Below, piece by piece: positions 11,983-21,373 of a stretch of 64,000 nt of DNA. Every line of letters begins with the position of its first letter. The first letter of the stretch is position 1. The translations under genes were made by a program, and so were the position numbers. This DNA comes from Spirochaetia bacterium (GTDB taxonomy: Bacteria > Spirochaetota > Spirochaetia > SZUA-6 > Bin103): NCBI GenBank assembly GCA_965208575.1, contig CBDBOV010000004.1, positions 1 to 64,000 of the forward strand, in the 5' to 3' direction. Under the pieces are notes generated by a model, which saw nothing but the letters and a program-made list of their open reading frames with translations, was not told the origin of the DNA and ran no database searches.

Positions 11983-13284
11983 CTACCAGCCTCCCGCGCT
12001 CTGCGACTCTCCGGCCGCTGCCGGCCCGTCCAGTGCCACCAGCAACAGCCACAGTTGGTTCGCGCGCCGAAACAACACCGCCAGCGCGCCTCCCGCGCGC
12101 AGCGCCCGCGCGTCCTGCACCGGCTCGCTGCCGCGTGCCAGGATCAGCTTCCGATATGCCCCCTCGGCGTCCGGCGTCACCAGCGAGAGGTGGTACTCCG
12201 GCTCGCCGGCGTCACCGAGCGCAAGTTCCGAGAACAGCACCGTCAGCGCCGGCACGACCGCATCGGTTTCGCCGCGCTCCGGGAACGCCGCGAGCGCATG
12301 CACTTCGCGCGCCAGCGTGATCTTGCGCTCGGATCCGACGGCGCCGCCGTGGTCGACCGTGACGGCGACGATTTCGTGTGCGCCCCGCGCGGCGCCGTCG
12401 CTGGACTCCAGCGCCGTGCGGTCGTCACGCACGTAGGTCACCACGAGTAGCTCCTGGGAGCCACACGCCACCGACAAGGGCGGCGGCGGCAACTCAGGTT
12501 CGCGTCCGGGAAGGTCGACGCGCAGATCGTCGCGGCCATCTTCCACCACCAGCAGTCCGCCGTGGTCGAACATCGACAAGCCGTGCCGGCCGGCGCAATG
12601 GTAGGGGCTGAGCGCAGGGCCCGGCGCCTCCGGCGCGCCGGTGGGCGCCGCGTCCGCAGGCAGGGTCCGGTCGCCGGCGTGGATCGGTGTCGACTGGTCC
12701 TCCAGCAGCGCCGGACGGACGTCGAATGATCGTATGGCCTCGTCGTCCTGTTCACCGAGCAGGCCGAACAGCGTGAACCCGGCCGGTTCGAAGTCCGAAG
12801 CGGGACCGGGCAGCACGCCCACCGGCACGACCGGTTCCGGAAGCAAGTCGACGGTCCACGGCTCAGCGCCGTCCACCGGGCGATGGATCCACTTGGTGAC
12901 GCGTGCATCGGCGAGTTCCTGGTCGGTGTACAACAGGTGTTCGATCCCGTCGTGCTGCAGGAACGCATGGCGCCCGAAGTAGGGATTGATACCCGGCACG
13001 AGATCGACGCGGTCGATGGTCACCACTTCGTCCGCGTGTGCCTGCCCAGCGGCCAGCGAGCCGCGCGCCAGACGCAGGGTCAGGTCGGCCGCGTCGGCGT
13101 ATACCGCAATCCACTGGCCTCCGGCGGCCGACTCCTGCAGCGAGTAGAACGGCGGTGCGTGTTCGGCGAGCAACACGCCGTCGGGCAGCGCCAGGATCGG
13201 TTTGGGCGAGGTGGGAGCGTCCGGCTTCGTGCAGGTGGACAGCGCGGCCAGCACGCCGAACAGCATGGCCGCACGCACCGCCAT
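11983..13284 (-). CDS. hypothetical lipoprotein
   Basis: long ORF, signal peptide ending AALSTC; start uncertain. Confidence 0.65.
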   Translation of the reverse strand: MAVRAAMLFGVLAALSTCTKPDAPTSPKPILALPDGVLLAEHAPPFYSLQESAAGGQWIAVYADAADLTLRLARGSLAAGQAHADEVVTIDRVDLVPGINPYFGRHAFLQHDGIEHLLYTDQELADARVTKWIHRPVDGAEPWTVDLLPEPVVPVGVLPGPASDFEPAGFTLFGLLGEQDDEAIRSFDVRPALLEDQSTPIHAGDRTLPADAAPTGAPEAPGPALSPYHCAGRHGLSMFDHGGLLVVEDGRDDLRVDLPGREPELPPPPLSVACGSQELLVVTYVRDDRTALESSDGAARGAHEIVAVTVDHGGAVGSERKITLAREVHALAAFPERGETDAVVPALTVLFSELALGDAGEPEYHLSLVTPDAEGAYRKLILARGSEPVQDARALRAGGALAVLFRRANQLWLLLVALDGPAAAGESQSAGGW

Positions 13285-13391
13285 GCGCCGCCAGACCGGG
13301 ACGAAGAGGCTGCCCGCGTGCCGCTCGCCGGCCGTTGACCGCGCGATTCGCCGCTCCCTATACTGCCTCAAGTGCCGACATCTCCTTGCAT

Positions 13392-13805
13392 ATGCGTATC
13401 GCGGTAGTATTCTTCGAGGGCAAGAATCGCAAGCGGCTCCTGTCTCTGGCGCAAGCGCTGGCGAAGGGAATCGAGTCGCAGGGCCACCAGGTCGATGTGA
13501 TCGACGGTGCTCACGACATCAACAGCAAGCTTACCATCTACGGGTACGTTGCCATAGGCGGGGAGTCGATCACGACGTTTACCGGCAAGATTCCGGAAGT
13601 GATCGACCGCTACCTGAAGAACGCGGGGATGATCTCCGGCAAGCGCTGCTACGCGTTCGTCTGCAAGAGCCCGGTCAGCGCCAACCGCGCCCTGCAGCGG
13701 ATCATGAAGGCGATGGAGGGGGAGGGCATGTTCCTCAAGAATTCCGGCGTCCTCAACTCCGAGGTGGAAGCGCAGGAGGTGGGGCGCCGCCTGCACGTCT
13801 CCTGA
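13392..13805 (+). CDS. flavodoxin-fold hypothetical protein
   Basis: MRIAVVFF..LAQALAKGIESQGHQVDVID flavodoxin-like N-terminus. Confidence 0.7.
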   Translation: MRIAVVFFEGKNRKRLLSLAQALAKGIESQGHQVDVIDGAHDINSKLTIYGYVAIGGESITTFTGKIPEVIDRYLKNAGMISGKRCYAFVCKSPVSANRALQRIMKAMEGEGMFLKNSGVLNSEVEAQEVGRRLHVS

Positions 13806-13826
13806 GCCGGAGCGTGCGGAGCGCGG

Positions 13827-14600
13827 CTACTCCTTCCACGGGAATATCATGCCGCGCAGCGTGCGTTTCCCCACCCGGTCGCGGTCATCCACCAGCAGGG
13901 CGTCCCAGGGAATCTCCTTGCGGTCGGCGTCCGGATGCTCCTCCAGGTAGTCGTACTTGTAAAGACGCAGCTTCAGCGCGACGTTGTGCCAAACGAGAAT
14001 CGCCGCGAGCCCCGGCAATATGCCGCCCGTGAACAGCGACACCAGCAGGATAGCCAAGGCCCCGACCGCGAGTACCAGCATCAGGCCGGTGTTGTCGAAG
14101 AACAGGAGCAGCATCTTGCGCACCATCTTGCGGGGGTTGCGTTCCAGCCGCGACTGGATCGGAAAAAAGAACTGCGCCGCAAGGATCCAGCCAACGGTGA
14201 CCCACAGCAGGATGATCTGGCCCATCATGCCGAGCACCGGTTGGTCCACCTGGGCGTACACGCGGATCGCCACCTGCAGGATCACGAAATAGACGCCGTT
14301 GACCAGCGCGAACAGCAGCGTCGTTCGGTAGGTATCCCGGATCGCATCCCAGAACAGCGCAAAGCCGGGCGACTGGTAATCGGCGATCGCGCTCGCCACC
14401 GCGCTCGCCCCGCCGGTATAGACACAGAAACAGGCCAGGGCGACGACCTGCAGCGCCAGGGTCAGGGAGAGTACCGGGGCAATCACCGGTGCGTATACGA
14501 GGAGAGCGACCGGGGCGTAGAACCCGATGTTCAGGAGCAACACCCGGAACAGGTTGTCCCACGTATCGAAAAACGCCTTCTTGACCAGAAATCCGAGCAT
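13827..14600 (-). CDS. conserved integral membrane protein
   Basis: multiple TM segments; KKAFFDTWDN start and KRTLRGMIFPWKE end, recalled as spirochaete-conserved. Confidence 0.75.
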   Translation of the reverse strand: MLGFLVKKAFFDTWDNLFRVLLLNIGFYAPVALLVYAPVIAPVLSLTLALQVVALACFCVYTGGASAVASAIADYQSPGFALFWDAIRDTYRTTLLFALVNGVYFVILQVAIRVYAQVDQPVLGMMGQIILLWVTVGWILAAQFFFPIQSRLERNPRKMVRKMLLLFFDNTGLMLVLAVGALAILLVSLFTGGILPGLAAILVWHNVALKLRLYKYDYLEEHPDADRKEIPWDALLVDDRDRVGKRTLRGMIFPWKE

Positions 14601-14743
14601 CTTGGGCAGTCGTGTGCTTCCTTGTATCACGGTGCCGGGCGGTATACAACAACCTCCGGGCGGCTGCCTCCGGCGCCCCCGCCTCGCCACCGGCCGCCCG
14701 CACCGGGCCCCCGGCGCCCCCGGCTGCCCCCGGCAAGTTGCAC

Positions 14744-14773
14744 TTGACAGTCAAGAATCCCGCGTCCTACAAT
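14744..14773 (+). promoter_or_regulatory. sigma70 promoter, -35 inside palindrome CTTGAC-A-GTCAAG
   Basis: TTGACA-N18-TACAAT. Confidence 0.7.
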
Positions 14774-14864
14774 CGGCGCTGATAGCTGGCGGACGGGCCG
14801 TCAGATTATCGGGCGGGCAGTTCAGGGAGGGGCAGCCCCCGTCACGGTCACATGGGGTTGTGCC

Positions 14865-15662
14865 TTGTCTCCCAACCACTACAAGACCCTCGGTATTTCG
14901 CCGCGGGCCAACGCCGTCGAGATCAAACGCTCGTTTCGCAGACGCGCTAAAGAGCTCCATCCCGACACCGCACTCGTCGGCTCCGACGAACGCATGCGTT
15001 CGTTGATCGATGCCTACGAGGTGCTCAGCGATCCACAGCGGCGCATCAACTACGATCGTACCCACGCGAGCCTGTTCCGTACCGTCACGTTCGACTACCG
15101 CGAGTTTCTCAGGCAGCGCCGCCACGACTACGTAAGTCAGTCCAAGCTCATCTTCTATGATCTGCTGAACTCCCACGACGAGGAGGCGTTGGAGACCTAC
15201 GAACAGCTCCTCATGGCCCACATCGACCTGCGCAAGTACATGTCCCACGAGGACTTCATGGATTGCTCGTTCCTCCTCGCGGAAGCGTTCGAACGGCGCG
15301 GCGACCTGGTGCGGTCGGCGGACCTGTACCGGCGGCTCTACCTGTACGAGCGTGAACGCCCCTACTTCCACCACTTCGTCGACGAGGTTGTGGACCGGTT
15401 GCGTACCCTGATCTGCTTCAAGATGGTGCCGCACCTGCCGGCGGAGCTGGTTGTCGCACACATCGAGGATCTGATCGATATGGACATCTCGCGCAAGGAT
15501 TCGGCGTTCTTTCACAAGAAGATAGCCGAGATCTACTCCAGCAACGGCGACAACCACCGCGCCGCCGAGCACCTGCGCCGCGGGCTGGCCCTGGACACCA
15601 AGCTCGCCGGCGTCAAGAAGCTCAAGGAAAAGATCGGCTTTCCCGAACTGGCCGCCACCTAG
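14865..15662 (+). CDS. J-domain (DnaJ-like) protein with TPR-like C-terminus
   Basis: NHYKTLG, LHPD motif, AYEVLSDP.RR.YD. Confidence 0.85.
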   Translation: MSPNHYKTLGISPRANAVEIKRSFRRRAKELHPDTALVGSDERMRSLIDAYEVLSDPQRRINYDRTHASLFRTVTFDYREFLRQRRHDYVSQSKLIFYDLLNSHDEEALETYEQLLMAHIDLRKYMSHEDFMDCSFLLAEAFERRGDLVRSADLYRRLYLYERERPYFHHFVDEVVDRLRTLICFKMVPHLPAELVVAHIEDLIDMDISRKDSAFFHKKIAEIYSSNGDNHRAAEHLRRGLALDTKLAGVKKLKEKIGFPELAAT

Positions 15663-15776
15663 CCGAGACCGCACGGCCGGGCGTTCCATGCCGCCGGCAC
15701 GGCGGTGTGCACCGTTTGTGATCGCAATGTTCGTCCTGCGACCGTGGCGCGTGGTATATTGCGTCCCGGAGGAGCA

Positions 15777-16844
15777 GTGTTCGCCCGCACAACCTGTCTT
15801 GCTCTCATTCTCGCCAGCTTGCTTCCCGCCGCGGTCGCCTCGCAGGCGATCGACCGCCCGGCCGCCACGGTACGGCTGCACAAGACCGATGTGATCGGCA
15901 TACGCGAACTGCGCACGCAGATCGAGCTGCTCGAACTGCGCACCGGTCAGCCGGTACCGGTGGAACAGCGCCCTGCGATCCTGGATCTCCTGGTCGGGGA
16001 GAGACTGTTCGATCAGGCGGCGGAGCGCGAACGCGTGACGGTGAGCGACGCCGACGTGGACACGCGCATCGGGCAGCTTCGAGACCAGGAAGGGCAGCGT
16101 CTGAACCTGGAGCGCGCGTTGACCGATGCCGAGTACCGGTCGCTGGTCAGCGAGACCGGCCTGTCCTGGGGCGAGTACCGCGAGCAGCTTCGCAAGGCGC
16201 TCATCCAGCAGCGCTACGTGGCGCGCGTCCGCGGCGACGAGTTGCGCGCGGTCGAGTTGCCCAGCGGCGCCGACGTGGAGGCGTTTTACGAGGCAAACAA
16301 GACCACCGTGTTCGTCCAGCCCGACATGGTGCAGTTCAAGCACATCTTCTTCGACACCCGCGGTGTCAACGAGGCATCCGCACGCTTGGCGGTGCGCGAG
16401 CGCGCGGAGCGGGTGCATCGCGAACTGGTGAACGGCGCCCATTTCGACAACCTGGTGCGCACCTACTCCGAGGACGCGGAGTCGCACGACTCGGGCGGGC
16501 TGTTCGGTACCTACCTGCGGCGCGATGACCAGGCGACGAGCCAGCTCCTGGGGCGGGAATTCTTCGATGCGCCGTTCGCCATGGACGAGGGCGAGACCAG
16601 CGGCGTGCTGCGCTCCAACGTCGGATTTCACATCGTGCGCGTGGTCGACAAGGTGTCGGCGCGTATCCTCGGCCTCGACGATCCGGTCAATCCGATGTCG
16701 GAGAGCACCGTCCGCGACCAGATCCGCGTGCTGCTGGCGAACAGCGTGCAGACACAGGCGTACCAGAGCGCCTTGCTGGCGACCCTGGAGGATCTTCGCC
16801 GGCAGGCGGAGGTGCGCATTTTCGAGGACAATCTCCGGTGGTAG
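15777..16844 (+). CDS. SurA/PpiC-type peptidyl-prolyl isomerase
   Basis: signal peptide, FKHIFF, YSED, GFHIVRV parvulin motifs; GGAGGAG RBS. Confidence 0.85.
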   Translation: MFARTTCLALILASLLPAAVASQAIDRPAATVRLHKTDVIGIRELRTQIELLELRTGQPVPVEQRPAILDLLVGERLFDQAAERERVTVSDADVDTRIGQLRDQEGQRLNLERALTDAEYRSLVSETGLSWGEYREQLRKALIQQRYVARVRGDELRAVELPSGADVEAFYEANKTTVFVQPDMVQFKHIFFDTRGVNEASARLAVRERAERVHRELVNGAHFDNLVRTYSEDAESHDSGGLFGTYLRRDDQATSQLLGREFFDAPFAMDEGETSGVLRSNVGFHIVRVVDKVSARILGLDDPVNPMSESTVRDQIRVLLANSVQTQAYQSALLATLEDLRRQAEVRIFEDNLRW

Positions 16845-16875
16845 GGCGCCGCTGTGCCCGCACGTGCGGTCGGTG

Positions 16876-17322
16876 ATGCACCAGCGGCGCGATGCACGGA
16901 CGATCGCCGTGCAGTCGATGTACCGGTTCGAGATTTCACGGGCACCGCTGGAGGAATTGCTCGATTACTCGTGGATCGGCGCACAGCGGCGGCGCAGCAT
17001 GGCACCGGCCACGCTCGAATTCGCCTCCCTGCTGATCGCCGGATGCATCGGCAACCTGGATGCGATCGACCGCGAGATCGACCTCCACCTGGAACACTGG
17101 GACATCGAGCGCGTTTCGCGGATCGACCTGTCGGTGCTGCGCGTCGGCACCTACTGCCTGCTGCATCAGCGCGACATCCCCGCGGAGGTGACGATCGACG
17201 AAAGCGTCGCCGCCGCCCGGCAGTTCGGCGGAGAGCATTCCTACCGGTTTGTAAATGGCGTGCTCGACGGCATTTACCGCCACGTTGTCGGCGCCCCCGG
17301 CAGGGTCGCCACGGGCTGCTGA
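16876..17322 (+). CDS. nusB: transcription antitermination factor NusB
   Basis: RRDARTIAVQ, W.IERVSRIDLSVLR, FVNGVLD. Confidence 0.93.
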   Translation: MHQRRDARTIAVQSMYRFEISRAPLEELLDYSWIGAQRRRSMAPATLEFASLLIAGCIGNLDAIDREIDLHLEHWDIERVSRIDLSVLRVGTYCLLHQRDIPAEVTIDESVAAARQFGGEHSYRFVNGVLDGIYRHVVGAPGRVATGC

Positions 17323-17389
17323 TGAATGCCGCCGCTCGTGCAGCAGTTCCGTGCGGCCGGTCTTGGCGTGCCGGTTCCCCAATGATAGG

Positions 17390-18070
17390 GTGGCGGCGGT
17401 GATTTGCTTGTACCGGTGGTCCCGGACCGCCGCTCTTGGGGTGCTGCTGCTGGGCGGGATGCTGGTCCTGCCGGCCGTCGCGCATGCACAGGATCAGGAC
17501 GAAGGCGGCAGCGGAGAGGAAAGCGAACCGTTGGTCGCGCCGCGCTACGGATTGGGCGACAGCACGCTGGCCATGCGGCTGGGAATCGCCTTGCCGTTGT
17601 TTCTGCTCGCGACCGACGAGGTGGAAACTCCGGACGGCGAGAAGGACCACGTGCTTCCGGCCAACCTGTCCGTGGTAGGCACGGCCGCGGTCAACTGGAA
17701 TGCCTACTTGAACGAGTCGTTCACGATCGGAGCGGAACTCGGCGGCGGCCTGGGCGTCGACATCAACGACGCCCTCTGGTACATGGTGCCGATCCTGGTC
17801 CGTACCGGATACGTGATCAACCTGCCGCAGATGGAGATTCCGATCAGTGCCGGAGTCGGCGCCGTGGTGATGCGCCTGGTGGACAACACCCGCGTGGCAT
17901 TTGCCCTGCAACCGAGCGCGGGATTTCTGTGGCGCGCCACCCCCGACTGGTCGTTCGGCGTCACCCTCGAGTACTGGTTCTCCTGGGAACCGCCGTGGGC
18001 GGAGGCGAACGATCCGCACTTCTTCGGCAACTTCCTCAGTGCCACCGCTACCGCGGTGTACCATTTCTGA
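17390..18070 (+). CDS. outer-membrane beta-barrel, TP0733/OmpW-like
   Basis: signal peptide, amphipathic strands, C-terminal AVYHF; start uncertain. Confidence 0.65.
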   Translation: MAAVICLYRWSRTAALGVLLLGGMLVLPAVAHAQDQDEGGSGEESEPLVAPRYGLGDSTLAMRLGIALPLFLLATDEVETPDGEKDHVLPANLSVVGTAAVNWNAYLNESFTIGAELGGGLGVDINDALWYMVPILVRTGYVINLPQMEIPISAGVGAVVMRLVDNTRVAFALQPSAGFLWRATPDWSFGVTLEYWFSWEPPWAEANDPHFFGNFLSATATAVYHF

Positions 18071-19146
18071 TGGCTGCACGCGGCACGATTCCCGCCCGGC
18101 GGGGCGGCGCGCGCGCCGGCCGGTACCTGCCGGCCCTGTTGCCGGCGCTGCTGCTGGTGGTGGCGTGCGAGAGCAGCGTGCCCGGAATATTCCACACGCT
18201 TGCTACCGAGAGCGAGCGGGCCAACCGCAACCTGCACGACGAGCTGACCGTGAGCGCGGTGGCGAAGGTGGGAGACACCTACTACGTGGCCGCCCACGGA
18301 ATGTGGAGCCGGCCGGCCGCGGGGGACAGTTGGCAGGCGGTGGCGCGCCCGCGATCCGGTTCCACCGAGGTGCCCGTGCTCGGCATGGCGCAGAGCGCCG
18401 CTACGCTGTGCGTGGGCACCGAGAACGGCGTGCACTACGCTGTCGCCGATCCGAAGTCGCCGCGCTGGGAGCGGGCCGGCGGGGTGTCGGGGCAGATCGT
18501 GCGGGTGTTCGCGATCCGCGGCAGCGAGCGGAAGATTCTGGCGTTTACCGAGGATCACGAGGTATACCTGAGCGAGAACGCGTGCGCGAGCTTCACCAAG
18601 GTGACGCCGGACGGCGCGGCCGGGCCCCCGTTCGATGCGTCCCACGACGGTAGCCGGTACTGGTTGACGGTCGGGAACATGGTGTACTCCGGGGACGATC
18701 TGCACAGCCTTGCACCGGAAGCCACGCCGCCGGAGGCCGAAGCGCGGTTTCGCGGGATCTGGTGCTTCGAGGGCGGCGCGCGTTGCCTGTTCGCCAACGC
18801 CGTCGGCGAGGTCTGGGAACACGACGGCAACGGTTGGGAACGGCTCGGACAGATCGAGCCGCCGGACGACGAGGAACCGACGGTACCCCTGACGCTGTTC
18901 ACCCAGATCGGCGACCAGCTCCTGGTCGGCACGCGCGGTTACGGATTCTACCAGTTTGCCGAGCACGACCTGGATCTCGACAGCGTCCGGCGCGGCCCGC
19001 GCAGCACCAGCCAACTGTATCGCGCGCACGTGACCGTGTTCGCCCGCCACGACAACCTGGTGTTCGCCGGTACTGCCGGCGACGGACTGTCCAGCATCGA
19101 CGTCGGCACGGCCGCGAAGGACACCGGCACCTGGGATTGGGAGTAA
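18070..19146 (+). CDS. lipoprotein, probable beta-propeller
   Basis: LLVVAC lipobox; repeated VGTENG/VGTRGYG/AGTAGDG blade motifs. Confidence 0.65.
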   Translation: MAARGTIPARRGGARAGRYLPALLPALLLVVACESSVPGIFHTLATESERANRNLHDELTVSAVAKVGDTYYVAAHGMWSRPAAGDSWQAVARPRSGSTEVPVLGMAQSAATLCVGTENGVHYAVADPKSPRWERAGGVSGQIVRVFAIRGSERKILAFTEDHEVYLSENACASFTKVTPDGAAGPPFDASHDGSRYWLTVGNMVYSGDDLHSLAPEATPPEAEARFRGIWCFEGGARCLFANAVGEVWEHDGNGWERLGQIEPPDDEEPTVPLTLFTQIGDQLLVGTRGYGFYQFAEHDLDLDSVRRGPRSTSQLYRAHVTVFARHDNLVFAGTAGDGLSSIDVGTAAKDTGTWDWE

Positions 19147-19176
19147 TCCGCCGGCGACGGTGACCGGGCGCGCACG

Positions 19177-19920
19177 CTATCCCGTGAGGACCTCGGTGCG
19201 GTCCTTGAAGATCGCGATGGTGTGCTCGAAGTGGGCTGACGCCCGCCGGTCACCGGTAACCACGGTCCAGCCATCATCGCGCACCGCAATCTCGGAAGTT
19301 CCGAGGTTGAGCATCGGCTCGATCGCCAGCACCATGCCGGGCTTGAGGCGCGGATTTTCGCCGCCGGCAGGATAGTTCGGTACCTGCGGATCTTCGTGCA
19401 CGGCGAAACCCACGCCGTGGCCGCAGTATTGCCGCACGACGCCGTAGCCGGCCGCGCGGGCACGTTCGTAGATGGCGTTGGAGATGTCGCGGACGCGATT
19501 GCCCGCTACCGCCTGCCCGATCCCCGCGCGCAGGCACTCCTCGGTGACCTGCAGGAGTCGCTGCAACTCCTCGGACACCCCGCCCACCGGGACCGTGAGC
19601 GCCGCGTCGGCGAAGTACCCGTCGATCTCCACCCCCAGATCCAGGCCGACGATGTCGCCGTCGCGCAGCCGCCGCTTGCCGGGAATGCCGTGAATCACCT
19701 CGTCGTTGATCGACGCGCAGATGGCCGCCGGATAGTCCATGTATCCGAGGAACGCCGGGCGCGCGCCGCGCGAGGTGAGAAACCGCGCTGCGATGTCGTT
19801 CAGGTCGGCGGTGGTAACGCCGGGGCGCACGCTGCGGCGCAACAGGCGCAGGCTCTCCCTGACCAGGGCTGCCGACTGCCGAATGCGTTCGATGTCGGCG
19901 TCGCTCTTCAGCCGTCTCAC
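19177..19920 (-). CDS. map: methionine aminopeptidase type I
   Basis: CASINDEVIHGIP, GHGVG..HEDP, AIEPM, SAHFEHT. Confidence 0.96.
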   Translation of the reverse strand: MRRLKSDADIERIRQSAALVRESLRLLRRSVRPGVTTADLNDIAARFLTSRGARPAFLGYMDYPAAICASINDEVIHGIPGKRRLRDGDIVGLDLGVEIDGYFADAALTVPVGGVSEELQRLLQVTEECLRAGIGQAVAGNRVRDISNAIYERARAAGYGVVRQYCGHGVGFAVHEDPQVPNYPAGGENPRLKPGMVLAIEPMLNLGTSEIAVRDDGWTVVTGDRRASAHFEHTIAIFKDRTEVLTG

Positions 19921-20357
19921 CGCGGTCCTTCGAGCCGCAGCGGCTTGCCCTGGGTGTCCGTGAACGCCTCCTCGGCATCCGCTCCGTATGCGCTGCGGAC
20001 CGCATCGACGACGGTATCCGGCTGATCCTGCGTAATGGTGACGTTGCCGCTGTGGACGACTCCCGGCTCGAGGGTGAGCTTGGGGGTGGTGATGCTGCCG
20101 AGTACCTTGCCGGTCTGTGCGACAAACACTTCTTCACTTGCCGTGATGTTGCCGATGAAGGTGCCGGCCACCACCACCTTGCCGGTCGTGATGTCGGTCT
20201 TGGCCTGCCCGGTGGGGCCGATGATCACGTCCCCCTCGGTATGGATGTCGCCCTGGAACTTGCCCTCGATTCGAATCGTCCCGCTGATGTGAAGCTTGCC
20301 ATGAAAGATCGACCCGGCGCCGATGGTGCAGTTCGCGGCCACGTGCCTCGCTGCCAT
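19917..20357 (-). CDS. bactofilin (polymer-forming cytoskeletal protein)
   Basis: TIGAGSIFHGKL..IRIEGKFQG beta-helix repeats. Confidence 0.88.
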   Translation of the reverse strand: MAARHVAANCTIGAGSIFHGKLHISGTIRIEGKFQGDIHTEGDVIIGPTGQAKTDITTGKVVVAGTFIGNITASEEVFVAQTGKVLGSITTPKLTLEPGVVHSGNVTITQDQPDTVVDAVRSAYGADAEEAFTDTQGKPLRLEGPR

Positions 20358-20423
20358 GTTCGCCGTCCTATCTCCGTCCCGCGGTCGATGCGTGAATATC
20401 GATTGTCATCTCCCCCATCCGTG

Positions 20424-20471
20424 TCGTGGAACGACTCGTGGAACGACTCGTGGAACGACTCGTGGAACGAC
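20424..20471. repeat. intergenic tandem repeat TCGTGGAACGAC x4
   Basis: four exact 12-bp copies. Confidence 0.95.
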
Positions 20472-20627
20472 CGTGTTGCCTGCGCTCAACGAGTCTCCAG
20501 CACCATACCGAATTGCCATCGAGGCTGCAAGGCGAATACCTGTCCGGCCCGGTCCGGCCGATCCGCGGCCAAGCCGGTGGACGCCGGGTCTGACGGATCG
20601 CTACCTTTGTATGCGAGGGGGCCGATC

Positions 20628-20852
20628 ATGTCGGATATCGTGCCGCGAGAGAAGGTATCGCAACAGGGCGTGCGCGCCGCGGGAGGTGTCGCAGGGGCGC
20701 TCGCCCTGCTGTTGCTCGGACCGTTGGTAGGCATGCTGCCGGTGCTCGGCGGCGTGCTGAAGACGTTGATGAGTATCGGCGGCATTGGCCTGCTCGGTTT
20801 CGGCGGATACAACCTGTACCAGTTCATCCGCAACCTGCGCCGCCGCATGTAG
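20628..20852 (+). CDS. small membrane protein
   Basis: GAGGGGG RBS, 74 aa, two Gly-rich hydrophobic helices. Confidence 0.65.
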   Translation: MSDIVPREKVSQQGVRAAGGVAGALALLLLGPLVGMLPVLGGVLKTLMSIGGIGLLGFGGYNLYQFIRNLRRRM

Positions 20853-20884
20853 CTCCGGCAGCGCACCTTGCACGCGGGCAGCGT

Positions 20885-21373
20885 ATGAAACCTGCCGATA
20901 ATCAATCCGTGAAGGACCGCGCACCGCTACCCTGGAGAGTGTTCGGCGTCATCGGGTTGTTGATCGTGGTGACCGCCTATTCGGCGTTGAATCTGGAGAA
21001 CCGTTCCGACGTGTCGCTGGGAGTGTACACCTTCCGTGGCGTGCCGGTGTTTCTCACCAGCCTGATCGCGCTCATTCTGGGCGCCGTACTGGTCGTGCCC
21101 ATGACGCTGCGCAAGCGCGTGCGGCGGCAGGCCGACGCCGACGCCGAGGATGTGGAAGTGGCCGCCGAAACATTGCCCGACGAACCCGAGCCCGCGGCGC
21201 CCGACGAAACGCCGCAGCAGGACGGCCCGGGCGACGCCCAGGAAACGGAGGATGCGCCTCGCCGGCGCGTGCGCTGGCCGTTCGGTGCCCGGCATCGGGA
21301 CCAGGATCCGGCCGGCGCCCCGATGCGCGACCGCGGCACCGGCGGCGACCGCGATGCTGGCGGTGGCGGCTAA
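20885..21373 (+). CDS. LapA/DUF1049-like membrane protein
   Basis: TM-NLENRSDVSLG..VPVFL-TM then acidic tail; start may be GTG 20909. Confidence 0.65.
   Translation: MKPADNQSVKDRAPLPWRVFGVIGLLIVVTAYSALNLENRSDVSLGVYTFRGVPVFLTSLIALILGAVLVVPMTLRKRVRRQADADAEDVEVAAETLPDEPEPAAPDETPQQDGPGDAQETEDAPRRRVRWPFGARHRDQDPAGAPMRDRGTGGDRDAGGGG

Noticed and set aside
14779-14864. SRP RNA (ffs)
   Set aside because: TCAGG..GCAGC is present but the conserved CAGG-stem-GNRA-AGCAG domain is not; better read as a 5' leader.
20424-20471. CRISPR array
   Set aside because: 12-bp contiguous units, no spacers, no cas genes; likewise for 11929-11978 and 56579-56612.
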